A stretch of 64,000 bases of DNA. It comes from a virus. Of the stretch, positions 26,992 to 36,756 are shown piece by piece; position 1 is the stretch's first letter, and each line of letters starts with the position of its first letter. The stretch covers positions 32,001 through 96,000 of IMG/VR virus record IMGVR_UViG_3300032156_000001. One strand, written 5' to 3'. The notes below the pieces were generated by a model that ran no database searches, was not told where the DNA came from, and saw nothing but the letters and a program-made list of their open reading frames with translations. The position numbers and the translations under genes are program-made.

Positions 26992-27296
26992 TGAAGGTTC
27001 CGAGAAGAGCCCGCCGGCCGGCTCGTGACTTCCTGGGCAGGCGGCTGACGCGGTTGATCAAGGAGTACCACGAGCACCGCAACCAGCAGTACCGACAGCC
27101 GTGGGACGAGGCGGCGGATCTCCGTAGGATCGAAAGGTGCTGGTCCGTCCGCGCGATCGGCGGCGGGTTCCAGTCGTGCTGCGGCACGTTCCACTTCTAC
27201 ATCCGCGGAAGAAGTGACCACGTCGAGGTGGCCGCGAACAGATACTGGCAGCCCAGGATGGCTGACGGCAGCGTGCCCGGCTCCCTCCTGGGCTAA
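26991..27296 (+). CDS. hypothetical protein
   Basis: TGATG coupling. Confidence 0.5.
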   Translation: MKVPRRARRPARDFLGRRLTRLIKEYHEHRNQQYRQPWDEAADLRRIERCWSVRAIGGGFQSCCGTFHFYIRGRSDHVEVAANRYWQPRMADGSVPGSLLG

Positions 27297-27307
27297 GGAG
27301 GCCGACC

Positions 27308-27952
27308 ATGGTGCTCGATCGCATCGGAAAGCTGTGCCCGGGCGGGAAGCTGCCTAACGACTACATCGTCTTCGACTTGGAGACGACTGGGCGGAGCATC
27401 TATTCCGATCGCGCGATCGAGCTGGGGTTCGTGGGAGTGTCGGACAGGAAGATAGCCTTCGAGCTGTCTTGGCTGGTGAACTGGAACATAGCGGTCCCGC
27501 CCGACGCGACGGCCAAGAATCACATCACGACCGAAATGGCCATGAGCGGGAAGTGGGGCCCGCGGCTGTTGCCGATGCTGCATCCGGTCCTGGAGGATTG
27601 GGCGTCCAGATACGTGTTCGTAGGCCACAACCTGATGAAGTTCGACGTGCCGCTGTTCAGGACCGAGCTGGCCAAGCTGGGGCTGAAATGGAACATCAGC
27701 GAGGACCAGATGATCGACACGCTCGGCATGGCCCGCGCGGTGTTCCTGAAGGAGGGCCCTTCCAACGGGGAGACGCTCGGCGGGTTCATGCGCCGGATGG
27801 TCAACAAGCCTGTCGGCGGCTTCTCTATGGACACCCTGACGGTGGACCTTAAGCTGGAACGGCATCTGAAAGCGGGCGAGACGACCCATAGGGCCGGGCC
27901 GGACTGCCGGCTCGAGCACTATCTTTTGGAGGAGCTTCGCAATGGCGGCTGA
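27308..27952 (+). CDS. DEDDh 3'-5' exonuclease (DnaQ/epsilon-like)
   Basis: VFDLETTG (ExoI), VGHNLMKFD (ExoII), HRAGPD (ExoIII). Confidence 0.9.
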   Translation: MVLDRIGKLCPGGKLPNDYIVFDLETTGRSIYSDRAIELGFVGVSDRKIAFELSWLVNWNIAVPPDATAKNHITTEMAMSGKWGPRLLPMLHPVLEDWASRYVFVGHNLMKFDVPLFRTELAKLGLKWNISEDQMIDTLGMARAVFLKEGPSNGETLGGFMRRMVNKPVGGFSMDTLTVDLKLERHLKAGETTHRAGPDCRLEHYLLEELRNGG

Positions 27953-28172
27953 GACGTCCGGCGGGGAGAGATTCATTCAAGGCCTATGTACTGGCGGCAT
28001 GATCGCGTTCCTTCTCACGGCTCTTTTTATGGCCGGTCCGATCGAAAGAGACCGGGACGAGTTGAAGGCCGAGGCTGCCAGACGGGGACATGCGGAGTTT
28101 TTTCTGCCGGAAGGCAAATCGTATCCTGTGTGGCGGTGGAAGGAACTTCCCTCTGAGAAGGCCAAGCCATAA
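27942..28172 (+). CDS. small membrane protein
   Basis: Hydrophobic stretch GGMIAFLLTALFMAG. Confidence 0.55.
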   Translation: MAAETSGGERFIQGLCTGGMIAFLLTALFMAGPIERDRDELKAEAARRGHAEFFLPEGKSYPVWRWKELPSEKAKP

Positions 28173-28181
28173 GGAGACGGA

Positions 28182-28889
28182 ATGTCGATCTTGGTTGCAG
28201 GCATCGACGCCGGGTTCGTGCATACCGGCTGGGCGCTCGTGAAGTTGTACGGCCCGGCCGACCGTCCTGGCAGGCCAGGACAGCCGGCTGGCAGGATGGA
28301 CGAACTGATCAGCGTGGGCGTGATAAGGCCCAAGGACGACGGACTTGTCCCGGCGTCCTTTCATCCCGCGCCGGACTACGCTGTCACGCTGGGCGACAAG
28401 GTCGTGTACTCCGACGCCGGCCTGTGCGTGCGGCTGGTAGACAACCTCTGCGATGTGCTATGGGGCGCTCGGGCCGCGTTCATCGAGCTGCCAAGCGGCG
28501 GGTCGCAGGGTGCGCGGGCGGGCAGGTGCATGGGCATGTCCACCGCGGTCGTCGTGACGACGATGCGGTTGTTCGGCCGGGTGCACGATTCGACGCGGGC
28601 ACCGGTGCTGTTTGAGGGCCATGAGATCTACGCGCCCGACGACGTGGAGAAGGCGCTGGGCATCCACCTGACGCCCGGCGAGGCGAAGGCGATGAAGAAG
28701 GGCGACAAGACCAAGTGGAAGAAGGAGCGCATCCGCGAGGCGGTCGTGCGCGCGTTTCCGGCATTCGACGATTGGCCGCCCGTCAAGAACGACACGCAGG
28801 ACGCCTACGACGCCGTGGCGGCGTTCCTGTGCGCGCGGAAGCGCAATCTGCTGTACGGGGAGTTGGTCCGGCGTATCGAGGAGCGCTAA
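28182..28889 (+). CDS. RuvC-like Holliday junction resolvase
   Basis: VAGIDAGFVHTGWALV, AFIELP, KALG..K, DAYDAVA. Confidence 0.8.
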   Translation: MSILVAGIDAGFVHTGWALVKLYGPADRPGRPGQPAGRMDELISVGVIRPKDDGLVPASFHPAPDYAVTLGDKVVYSDAGLCVRLVDNLCDVLWGARAAFIELPSGGSQGARAGRCMGMSTAVVVTTMRLFGRVHDSTRAPVLFEGHEIYAPDDVEKALGIHLTPGEAKAMKKGDKTKWKKERIREAVVRAFPAFDDWPPVKNDTQDAYDAVAAFLCARKRNLLYGELVRRIEER

Positions 28890-29078
28890 ATGCAAGTGAA
28901 GAAGCTGTCCGTAATCGTGGAGCCTTCGGTAGCTGACATCGACGATTTGCGCAGAAGCCTGCTGTTCCAACAAGGCTTCTTCCCGGGCGCAAAGAGCGAA
29001 ACGCGGCGTACGGCCGTCGAAACGGCTATCGGGGTCGTCTGCCGCTGGCTGGCTCGCAGGGAAATAGAGATAAAGTGA
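28890..29078 (+). CDS. small hypothetical protein
   Basis: Coupled between neighbouring genes. Confidence 0.45.
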   Translation: MQVKKLSVIVEPSVADIDDLRRSLLFQQGFFPGAKSETRRTAVETAIGVVCRWLARREIEIK

Positions 29079-30241
29079 GCGAACCGGAGAAAATAGGTGA
29101 AAGGGGAAACATGGCCGTCGAGATTCCAGGCAGGGAAGGCGAGGACAAGATCAGGAAAGCCGAGGCGTTGATAGCCAGCGGGGCGAAGCCGCACATCGTG
29201 AAGCCGGGTCCGGACGGGAAGCCGATGCTGTTCATGCCCGACGGCGTGACGCCGTACGTGCCGCCCAAGGCGGAAGCCGGGCAGGCGCAGGAGGAGAGGC
29301 GCTACGACCTACCCGAGGACGTTCTCGCCGAGGTGAAGCGGATCATCGAGTCGGACCAGGTCGCCGCGACGGCCATGACGACCATCATCCACGCCTTCAC
29401 GCTGGTCGAGCTGGCCAAGATGAAGCTGATCGACAGGGACGACGTGACCGACATCGTCCTGCGCGCCATGGTGATGGTTGCCCATGAGCGGACCTTCGGC
29501 AAGGCCGACATCGAGTCCATCCGGGTCATGCTGAAGAAGCTGGAAGGGCCGATGCCGAAGCTGGCGCGGAAGTGGTTCGCGTCGATGGAGATCGAGGAGC
29601 GGGCCCGCAGGAAGGAGATGAAGGAGAAGGCGGAGCGGCTGGGCAAGGACGGGCTGGCGCTGCCGACGCCGTCGCTGCGCAAGCTGTTCAAGCACGGCTT
29701 CTGGCCGTGCCGCGTCCTGGTCCTGCAGGGGCCGCAGCCCGCTGCGGTGCGCGAGGCGTGCCGGCGCTGCGCCATGGAGCAGCACGCGCGGAAGATAGGC
29801 CGGGTGACCTACCTGGCTGGCGCGATCCAGGAGGGCGAGCAGGCGTACTTCGCCGATAAGGTCGTGCCCGTTGGTGAGTGGTCGGGCATAGCCGCCGGCG
29901 ACGGCAAGCTGCGCACCGGCCTGAACAAGCTGTGCGCCGACGACACGCTCCTGCTGGTGATCGAGAGCCTGGACAACGCCAACCCGACGCCGCCCATCGA
30001 GGGCCAGTTCACGGAGGATTACAAGGCGTCGGCGGTGACGCGGCTGTTCAAGTGGGCGTCGCGGAACCTCGTCGGCGTGATCGTCGGCGACTGCACTGAG
30101 CGGCAGGACAAGCCGACGGACTACGGCGACGACATGGTCCCGCGCTGCAAGGTGGCGCTGAAGGAGCTGGACGCTGCCAAGGCGGAGCCGGGCGCGCTGT
30201 ACATCGGCGACGACCCCCTGGCGCTGAGGACGGGAGGCTGA
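29075..30241 (+). CDS. hypothetical protein
   Basis: 388 aa; strong codon bias. Confidence 0.75.
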   Translation: MSEPEKIGERGNMAVEIPGREGEDKIRKAEALIASGAKPHIVKPGPDGKPMLFMPDGVTPYVPPKAEAGQAQEERRYDLPEDVLAEVKRIIESDQVAATAMTTIIHAFTLVELAKMKLIDRDDVTDIVLRAMVMVAHERTFGKADIESIRVMLKKLEGPMPKLARKWFASMEIEERARRKEMKEKAERLGKDGLALPTPSLRKLFKHGFWPCRVLVLQGPQPAAVREACRRCAMEQHARKIGRVTYLAGAIQEGEQAYFADKVVPVGEWSGIAAGDGKLRTGLNKLCADDTLLLVIESLDNANPTPPIEGQFTEDYKASAVTRLFKWASRNLVGVIVGDCTERQDKPTDYGDDMVPRCKVALKELDAAKAEPGALYIGDDPLALRTGG

Positions 30242-30242
30242 C

Positions 30243-30851
30243 ATGGTCGACGTGCTGGATTGGGCGGAGCAGCGGCGCGGCAGCTACCAGGAAGTGAAGC
30301 TGCCGAAGCCGGGTTCGCTCAAGCAGCTGGATGCCGACGGGTATGCCGCGTTCTCGCTGGCGCCCGTCGCGAACTACGTGCCCGACATCGACGACCGGCG
30401 GCTGTTCGGCAGGTTCGCCGGCGAGCCGAACGCCGCCAAGCCCGGCGAGATCCGGGTGGCGGCGTTCGAGCTCAGCTACCCCGCGGTGGCCAACTGCGGC
30501 ATGCACGGCCTTCGGCTGCACTGCATGGATAAGCCCAGCTACGCCTGGTTCAAGCAGTGGATGCTCGCGCAGGGCTTCCTGGACCCGTTCCATGAGAACT
30601 ACTACACGGTCAGGGCCCGCGGCTGCCCGGTGATGGACCCGTTCGTCCACATGTCCAACAAGGGGCCCGACGTGGGAACCTCGCTGGAGGTCTTCGCCGT
30701 GTCGAGCATGCGCGGCAACATGGTCCCGCGGCGCGTCAACCTGCCCGGGCACGACGCCGCGCCGATGTACATCACGTTCACCAGGGAGGAGCCGGATCCC
30801 GAGGTGGTCAAGATCGGGCTGGTCCTGCTGGAGCAAAGGAGGAAGAAATGA
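30243..30851 (+). CDS. hypothetical protein
   Basis: GGAGG RBS; codon bias. Confidence 0.7.
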   Translation: MVDVLDWAEQRRGSYQEVKLPKPGSLKQLDADGYAAFSLAPVANYVPDIDDRRLFGRFAGEPNAAKPGEIRVAAFELSYPAVANCGMHGLRLHCMDKPSYAWFKQWMLAQGFLDPFHENYYTVRARGCPVMDPFVHMSNKGPDVGTSLEVFAVSSMRGNMVPRRVNLPGHDAAPMYITFTREEPDPEVVKIGLVLLEQRRKK

Positions 30852-31114
30852 AGGTCGTCGTCACGCCGATATTTTCCACTGACCTTGCCGAACCGCCCAC
30901 CGACTGGCCGGGACTGACCGTCCGGCCGACGTTCTACCGCGGGAAGCTGCGCGCGAACGCGTTCACCGTCAAGAGCTACACCGAGGGCGGCGAGCTGCTG
31001 TGCACCGCGCTGATACAGGCCAGCGGCAAGGACGGCAGCCTGCACCTGCTGGACGTCAGCGCGCCCGTCACGGCGGAGATCGACAAGCCCGCCGAGAAGC
31101 CGGACAAGAGGTAG
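30848..31114 (+). CDS. hypothetical protein
   Basis: ATGA coupling. Confidence 0.65.
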   Translation: MKVVVTPIFSTDLAEPPTDWPGLTVRPTFYRGKLRANAFTVKSYTEGGELLCTALIQASGKDGSLHLLDVSAPVTAEIDKPAEKPDKR

Positions 31115-31116
31115 CG

Positions 31117-31557
31117 ATGAACCAGGTCATACGCGTCTTCGACGAACCGGAAGGAAAAGTGGGCGCTCTGTACGTCCTTGTGCAGCGGATCGAGGACGAG
31201 GCGGCCAAGCAGGGCTGGGGGATCCGCTCCGTCTCGGTGGTCATGGCCGACCGTCTGTACAAGGCGGTCGCCGTGATGGACCTGCCCGCCCCGCCCGAGA
31301 TCGTCCAGGAGCCCCGCGACGGGCGGAAGGACATCCCGCTCAAGGCCGGCGCGACGGCGCCGACGGTGCCGGCCTTCCTGAAGACCCCTGACGGGCTGAG
31401 GCCCGTGCAGGCGATGGCCGGCGTCTTCGGCGTGCCCGAGGGCGAGAAACTGTCGCCGACGGACGACGAGCCCGCGCCGCCGCCGCTCCTGTCGAAGTCG
31501 TGCGACCTGCGGAAGTACGGCGATGTGTTCGGCAACTTGGAGGAGCCCCATGCCTGA
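31117..31557 (+). CDS. hypothetical protein
   Basis: GAGG RBS; MNQVIRVFDEP. Confidence 0.65.
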   Translation: MNQVIRVFDEPEGKVGALYVLVQRIEDEAAKQGWGIRSVSVVMADRLYKAVAVMDLPAPPEIVQEPRDGRKDIPLKAGATAPTVPAFLKTPDGLRPVQAMAGVFGVPEGEKLSPTDDEPAPPPLLSKSCDLRKYGDVFGNLEEPHA

Positions 31558-31885
31558 GAATCCGGAGACGAAATCGACGGTGCCGGGACAGCCGCGGAAG
31601 GCGTCCTGCATCGCAGTGGTCCTTCCCGCCAAGGAGGGGGCGATACCCGTTCGCTTAGTCGCAGACAGCATTGATGACTTCCTGCCGCAACTCCACAAGA
31701 CGCTCATGGAAGTCAAGCACGGCTGGGCCACGCTGGTCATAGACGGCCAGCTGGCCAAGCTCTCGAACCCTATTCAGGTCTTCGTGCTGCGCGCGACTGT
31801 GAACGGTGGGCCGGTCGAGCATTCCGTCCACGCTACCGGCGCCCCGACGTTCGACGAAGGCGGCCGTTTCGACATCCTCAATTGA
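31550..31885 (+). CDS. hypothetical protein
   Basis: GGAGGAG RBS. Confidence 0.6.
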   Translation: MPENPETKSTVPGQPRKASCIAVVLPAKEGAIPVRLVADSIDDFLPQLHKTLMEVKHGWATLVIDGQLAKLSNPIQVFVLRATVNGGPVEHSVHATGAPTFDEGGRFDILN

Positions 31886-31952
31886 AGCCGCCGGACGTGA
31901 AAGCCTAAGTGAAAGCCCTTACGAAGCCGACGTAGAAGCCGACGGTAAGCCG
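31885..31952. repeat. six phased AAGCC motifs
   Basis: AAGCC at 31885, 31901, 31913, 31924, 31936, 31947 (spacing 16, 12, 11, 12, 11). Confidence 0.6.
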
Positions 31953-32053
31953 GAAGTCCGCGGCGGCCTGCGCGCTCGCGCGGCCGGCGGCAACCACCGG
32001 CTCGTCATTGACGATGACGGGCAACACGAAGGTCAGAAAGGGGGCAGGATGCG

Positions 32054-33502
32054 ATGACGAAGGAAGAACTGCTGGAACTGTCCAGCAGGTTGCCCAAGGA
32101 CCGCGTCTTCATAGGTTTCTCAAGCCTGTCGGGGCGCTTCGTGCCTTGGGTCCCGGATGTGGAACTGAACCAGACGTTGATACCGTTGGGAGACCTGACG
32201 GTCGACATGGTGGGGTGGTCGAAGCCCCATCCGAAGACGGGAGTAGTCCAGGTAGAAGTGAAGTCTTCCACAGCCATAGTCGACAACAACCGCGTCCACG
32301 TGGGGGGAAACAAGTATTACGTCTCGGCCGAGTCGAACGTCTTCGACTACTACGTGGAGGGAGGACAATACAGGAGGGGGCTGGTCCGCTATCGCACGCT
32401 GGAACACCTGTTCGGGGAGGCGCACCCCCGGTTCGCCGACATGGCCGACCGGTGCAAGCACCTGCTCGATCCCCAGCTGCGGGAGCACTATCCGTACCTG
32501 ACGAACGGCGATCAGTACGCCACGGCGCCGCAGATCCTTTGCTGCGCGGAACTGGGCGTCACGGAGAAATACCCGCTGACCCCCAGGACCGGCAGGCCGC
32601 CGAGCGCGCTGGCCGCGAAGACGGAATCGGTCCCCTTGTACGAGCACGCCGCGATGATGCTCTCGAGGAACGGCATCAGCGCGCGCAATCCGTCCACCGC
32701 CGCGCCGCTCCGGGGGCTGTGCTCCCCCGCGAACGGCTCCGTCGTCGGCATCGACGACGCGACGGTGGAGGTGGTCTACAAGCAGGACGGCCAGGCGATG
32801 CGGGAGCGGTATTCCGCCGACGAGATGAAGCAGCAACTGGCCGGGATCTTCGACGCGCTGTTCAGGGACCCGTGCGACGTGCACCTGATCCCTGTCGTGG
32901 CCAAGGGCGAGGTCAGAGTAGTCGGGCCGGGGCAGGCCCTGTTCACCCCACTGCCCATCCAGTCCCGCAACAAGCCGTACCTGCCCGAACAGATCCAGCG
33001 GCTGCAGGCCGACATCCGGATCGGCATCGAGTACCTGACCGTCCTCGCCTCGCTCAAGATCGTGGACACGAAGGTCCTGGTGGACGCGGAGTTCGCGTTC
33101 AACCGCACCGAGCCGTTCGTCCTGCTCGACCCCATGCACGCCATCCAGTCCGTATCGAAGTTCAAGGGCACGCAATGGTCTCACGTCCCCAACAAGTCGG
33201 CCTACATCGTGGACCGGGCCGACATCTTGATCGACATGTGGCACACGGCGGTCCATGTGCCGAGCGCGTACCACCAGAAGCCGGCCGTCAAGCCGGCCAA
33301 GCCGAAGCCGCAGTTCGTCAAGCCGGTCGTCAGCGACTTCGGCCAGCCGGCCTTGGACGCCGTCCTGACGGAGCTCAAGAAGATGGCGCAGTCGAAGACA
33401 ACGCCGCCGGAACCGGCGGCGCAGGCCGTTGCGGAGCCGGCACCCGCCGCCGTTCCGGAGACTGCCGAGGCGCAAGCCGCGGAAACTCAGGCAATGGTGT
33501 AA
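32054..33502 (+). CDS. hypothetical protein, 482 aa
   Basis: Long ORF with codon bias; Pro/Ala/Glu-rich tail; followed by a terminator. Confidence 0.8.
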   Translation: MTKEELLELSSRLPKDRVFIGFSSLSGRFVPWVPDVELNQTLIPLGDLTVDMVGWSKPHPKTGVVQVEVKSSTAIVDNNRVHVGGNKYYVSAESNVFDYYVEGGQYRRGLVRYRTLEHLFGEAHPRFADMADRCKHLLDPQLREHYPYLTNGDQYATAPQILCCAELGVTEKYPLTPRTGRPPSALAAKTESVPLYEHAAMMLSRNGISARNPSTAAPLRGLCSPANGSVVGIDDATVEVVYKQDGQAMRERYSADEMKQQLAGIFDALFRDPCDVHLIPVVAKGEVRVVGPGQALFTPLPIQSRNKPYLPEQIQRLQADIRIGIEYLTVLASLKIVDTKVLVDAEFAFNRTEPFVLLDPMHAIQSVSKFKGTQWSHVPNKSAYIVDRADILIDMWHTAVHVPSAYHQKPAVKPAKPKPQFVKPVVSDFGQPALDAVLTELKKMAQSKTTPPEPAAQAVAEPAPAAVPETAEAQAAETQAMV

Positions 33503-33520
33503 CGGGCGTTAGGACCCGCG

Positions 33521-33548
33521 AACGCCGGCAGCCCCGCCGGCGTTTTTT
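33521..33548 (+). terminator. Rho-independent terminator
   Basis: AACGCCGGC-AGCCCC-GCCGGCGTT then TTTT. Confidence 0.7.
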
Positions 33549-33565
33549 AGCTTCTTCCCGCGGTA

Positions 33566-33594
33566 TTGACTCCCGCCGCGTGGAAGGGTACGAT
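33566..33594 (+). promoter_or_regulatory. sigma70-type promoter
   Basis: TTGACT-17 nt-TACGAT; 16 nt before the ATG at 33611. Confidence 0.6.
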
Positions 33595-33610
33595 CCTGTG
33601 GGAGGTCCTC

Positions 33611-34258
33611 ATGGCGCACGGCGACGGCTACCAGTTCGACGGCCAGGATGGCATCCCCGGCACGGTCGTTCCCAAGGTGCGGGGCGCCAACACCGTCACG
33701 TTCTTGAACGACCAGGTCATCCCGCATAACATCGTGGACGGGCTCAACGTCTACGCGCTAACGGAGGAGGGCTTGGAGAAGCTGCGGCAGGGGAACAAGA
33801 TGGTCAACGGAAAGCCGGTCGTCAAGGTGGGCTTCCTTGATGCGGTCGACCGCAGCAGGGAGCCTTACAAGCGCAACGCGATCGCGGATCCGGGGGAAGC
33901 GGGGATCTCGCTTCCCCCGGTTCCAGACAACGTCCGCCCGGTGGGCGGCCAGAAGGCAAGGCAGGCCGATGCCGCCGGCACGCGGCCGATGGCCGTCCTG
34001 TCGCCCGGAACGGCCAAATTCGCCGGCGGCGGGTTCTCGTTCACGGCGCAGTTCGCGCACATCGGCGTCGAGGACATCTACCTCGTGATGGTGCACGACG
34101 AGGACGCGATCTCGCTGGAGCTGCCCGGTGAAGGCCAGATAACGATCTCATGGAACGGCATGCGCTACAACTGCCTGCCGGGCCCGCGGTTCAAGATGGG
34201 CGCCGGCGCGCGGGCCGTGTTCAACGTCTACCTGATCGAGTCCAGCGTACCGGAGTAG
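33611..34258 (+). CDS. hypothetical protein
   Basis: GGGAGG RBS, ATG at 33611. Confidence 0.7.
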   Translation: MAHGDGYQFDGQDGIPGTVVPKVRGANTVTFLNDQVIPHNIVDGLNVYALTEEGLEKLRQGNKMVNGKPVVKVGFLDAVDRSREPYKRNAIADPGEAGISLPPVPDNVRPVGGQKARQADAAGTRPMAVLSPGTAKFAGGGFSFTAQFAHIGVEDIYLVMVHDEDAISLELPGEGQITISWNGMRYNCLPGPRFKMGAGARAVFNVYLIESSVPE

Positions 34259-34262
34259 GCCG

Positions 34263-34448
34263 ATGAAAAAGGACGGCGAAGTAAGGGCAGGGCAGACCCG
34301 CTGCGACCGCTGCGGCGCGGTGAGCGCCTCCGTTTCCGGCAAGGCGTGCCTCTGCAAGGGCCACGGCGCCAAGTCGGCTTCGGCGGAACCGGCGCTGAAG
34401 GCCGCCGCCGACAAGCTCGCGGAACTTCATAAGGCGAAGAGCCGATGA
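34263..34448 (+). CDS. small Cys-rich protein
   Basis: CDRC..CLCKGH. Confidence 0.5.
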   Translation: MKKDGEVRAGQTRCDRCGAVSASVSGKACLCKGHGAKSASAEPALKAAADKLAELHKAKSR

Positions 34449-36316
34449 TCGAGCCGCTTTCGGTTTACCCGATCCAGGGGCAGGCGATCTCGGCCGATCT
34501 TCAGAGCCGCTTCAGAGGCGCGTTCCCCGACCCGTACTGCGACTACGCCAGCACGCAGACGCCCCGCAGCATCTACGACGTGCTGCGCTGGTCGGAGTTC
34601 ACGTGGATGATCGACGGCACCTACAGGATGGCGTCGCGCCGCGTGGTCAGGTACTTCCTCACGAAGCTGGAGTTCACCGACGCCAGCGACGACGAGAAGA
34701 AGAAGTACAACGACTACCTCGAAGACACGATGAAGATCATGAGGATCCTGGCGCTCCTCGGCGACAACTTCATCTGCTACGGCAACGTCTTTGTGTCGCT
34801 GCACGTCCCCTTCCGCCGCTACCTGAAGTGCCCGAAATGCAACCTGGAGCGGCCGATCGGCAACGTCAACTACGGGTGGTCCGACTACAGCTTCACCGCC
34901 GAGTGCAAGTGCGGGTACAGGGGGCAGCACACGCGCGTAGACAGGCGCAGCGTGGAGGCCGACCCGCCCAAGGTGGTCTTCTGGCCGCCGCAGGAGATGC
35001 GGGTCCTGTACAACGTCCTGACTGGCGACTCGGCGTACTTCTGGCAGATCCCCGGCTACGTGCGCGATTACATCCAGCGGGGGAACAAGCACTATCTGGA
35101 AGGCACGCCGTGGGAGGTCATCGAGGCGGTCAAGCAGAACAAGCTGTTCCGCTTCAACGACGACGTCATCTTCCACATGCGCGACGACTCCATTGCTGGA
35201 CTCCGGCACTTCGGCTGGGGCATACCGATGATAATGGCCAACTTCAAGCTGGCGTGGTCGATCCAGGTGCTGAAGCGGTACAACCAGGCCATCGCCCTGG
35301 ATTACATCATCCCGTTCAGGGTCGTCACGCCGCATCCCGGCAACAGCCGCGAGTCGGACCCCGTGCTGCACGTCAACCTGGGCAGCTTCAACGCCAACGT
35401 GGCGGCCATGATGCGCAGGCACAGGCTGGACCCGACGCAGATCAACTTCTTGCCGTTCCCTATCGACTTCCAGATGCTGGGAGCGGAGGGGAAGAACCTG
35501 GCGCCGGTGGAGCTGATCGACAAGACCACCGACGAGCTGCTGAATGCGCAGGGCATCCCGGCTGAGCTGTACAGGGGGACGCTCCAGGTGCAGGCCATGC
35601 CGACGGCCCTGCGCCTGTTCGAGCGCACCTGGACGCACCTCGTCAGCGGCATGAACGAATTCCTGGATTGGTTCTGCAAGCAGATCTCCGAGATCCGCAA
35701 CTGGGAGAACCTGCACGCGCGCCTGCAGCCCACCACGCTGGCCGAGGACATCGAGCGCCGGCAGATCCAGCTCCAGCTCGCGGCCGGCAGCCAGATCAGC
35801 CGGCAGACCGCGTGGGCGCCCTTCGGCATCGAGTACAGGGAAGAGGTCAAGCGGATGCTGGAGGAGAACGCCTTCGCGCAGCGCGAGCAGCAGCGGTTCC
35901 AGCAGGAGCAGCAGCAGCAGGCGCTCATGGAGGACACGGTCTACCAGATCTCGTCCGGCCAGGCGCCCGCCGGAAACGACCCCAACGCGCAGGCCCAGGC
36001 GCAGCAGCAAGGACAGCCGGTCCAGCAAGGCCAAGCCGGCCAGCAGCAGGCTGCACCGGTCCAGCAAGCCGGCATACAGATCCTGCAGCCTGCCGCCGGC
36101 ACCACGCCGGAGGACATGCTGGCGCAGGCGGAACAGATCGCCGGACAGCTGCTCAACATGCCCTACGAACAGCGGCGCGTGGAGATGACCAAAATTAAAC
36201 GTGGAAATGAAACTCTTCACAGCCTAGTTTTGTCAAAAATGGATCAGATCCGGCAGCGCGCGCAGACCCTCGGCGGCTACCAGATGATCCCGCAGCTGAC
36301 GGGCGCTGCCCAGTGA
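34445..36316 (+). CDS. putative phage portal protein
   Basis: RRVVRYF, DNFICYGNVFVS, FGWGIPMI..FK..W..QVLKRYNQAIALDYIIPFRVV, GIPAELYRGTL; pattern recalled from large-phage portal-like proteins. Confidence 0.55.
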   Translation: MIEPLSVYPIQGQAISADLQSRFRGAFPDPYCDYASTQTPRSIYDVLRWSEFTWMIDGTYRMASRRVVRYFLTKLEFTDASDDEKKKYNDYLEDTMKIMRILALLGDNFICYGNVFVSLHVPFRRYLKCPKCNLERPIGNVNYGWSDYSFTAECKCGYRGQHTRVDRRSVEADPPKVVFWPPQEMRVLYNVLTGDSAYFWQIPGYVRDYIQRGNKHYLEGTPWEVIEAVKQNKLFRFNDDVIFHMRDDSIAGLRHFGWGIPMIMANFKLAWSIQVLKRYNQAIALDYIIPFRVVTPHPGNSRESDPVLHVNLGSFNANVAAMMRRHRLDPTQINFLPFPIDFQMLGAEGKNLAPVELIDKTTDELLNAQGIPAELYRGTLQVQAMPTALRLFERTWTHLVSGMNEFLDWFCKQISEIRNWENLHARLQPTTLAEDIERRQIQLQLAAGSQISRQTAWAPFGIEYREEVKRMLEENAFAQREQQRFQQEQQQQALMEDTVYQISSGQAPAGNDPNAQAQAQQQGQPVQQGQAGQQQAAPVQQAGIQILQPAAGTTPEDMLAQAEQIAGQLLNMPYEQRRVEMTKIKRGNETLHSLVLSKMDQIRQRAQTLGGYQMIPQLTGAAQ

Positions 36317-36326
36317 CGGAGCAACT

Positions 36327-36755
36327 TTGATGCTGCAGCTAGAGTTGAGCAACCTCCTCACCGTCGCGCTGGCCGCGCTGGCCCTGATGGGCGGGATGGT
36401 CGCGTTCATCGTGAGGATGTACGACGCGAAGCTCAAGGACCTGTCCTTGCGGGTGGACGGCGCTTTCCGGGCCTCGCAGGCGGCCGAAAAAGCCGCCGTG
36501 GACGAGGAGAAGAACCGCATTCTGGCGGTGCAGGCTTTGGCCGACGCTCGCAGCGCGGAGCACAAGGACGCCTTCACGAGGTCGTATAGGCGGATAGAGG
36601 ACCTTGAAAAGGAGGTCCATCAGTCCGCGATACAGACGCAGCGGCAGGTCAGCGATCTGGAAGTCACGGTATCCAGTTTCGGCGGCATGTACGTCACTAA
36701 GCATGAGCTGGAGCGCTGCCAGGACACGAACACCGGCCGTCATGGAGGTACATAG
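36327..36755 (+). CDS. N-terminal transmembrane plus coiled-coil protein
   Basis: LLTVALAALALMGGMVAFIV followed by heptad-rich sequence. Confidence 0.6.
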   Translation: MMLQLELSNLLTVALAALALMGGMVAFIVRMYDAKLKDLSLRVDGAFRASQAAEKAAVDEEKNRILAVQALADARSAEHKDAFTRSYRRIEDLEKEVHQSAIQTQRQVSDLEVTVSSFGGMYVTKHELERCQDTNTGRHGGT

Positions 36756-36756
36756 C

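Noticed and set aside
29075-30241. DnaB/RecA-like ATPase domain in the C-terminal half
   Set aside because: The strand pattern is suggestive (VLVLQGPQ, LLVIESLD) but there is no GKT/S Walker A; not supportable without a profile search.
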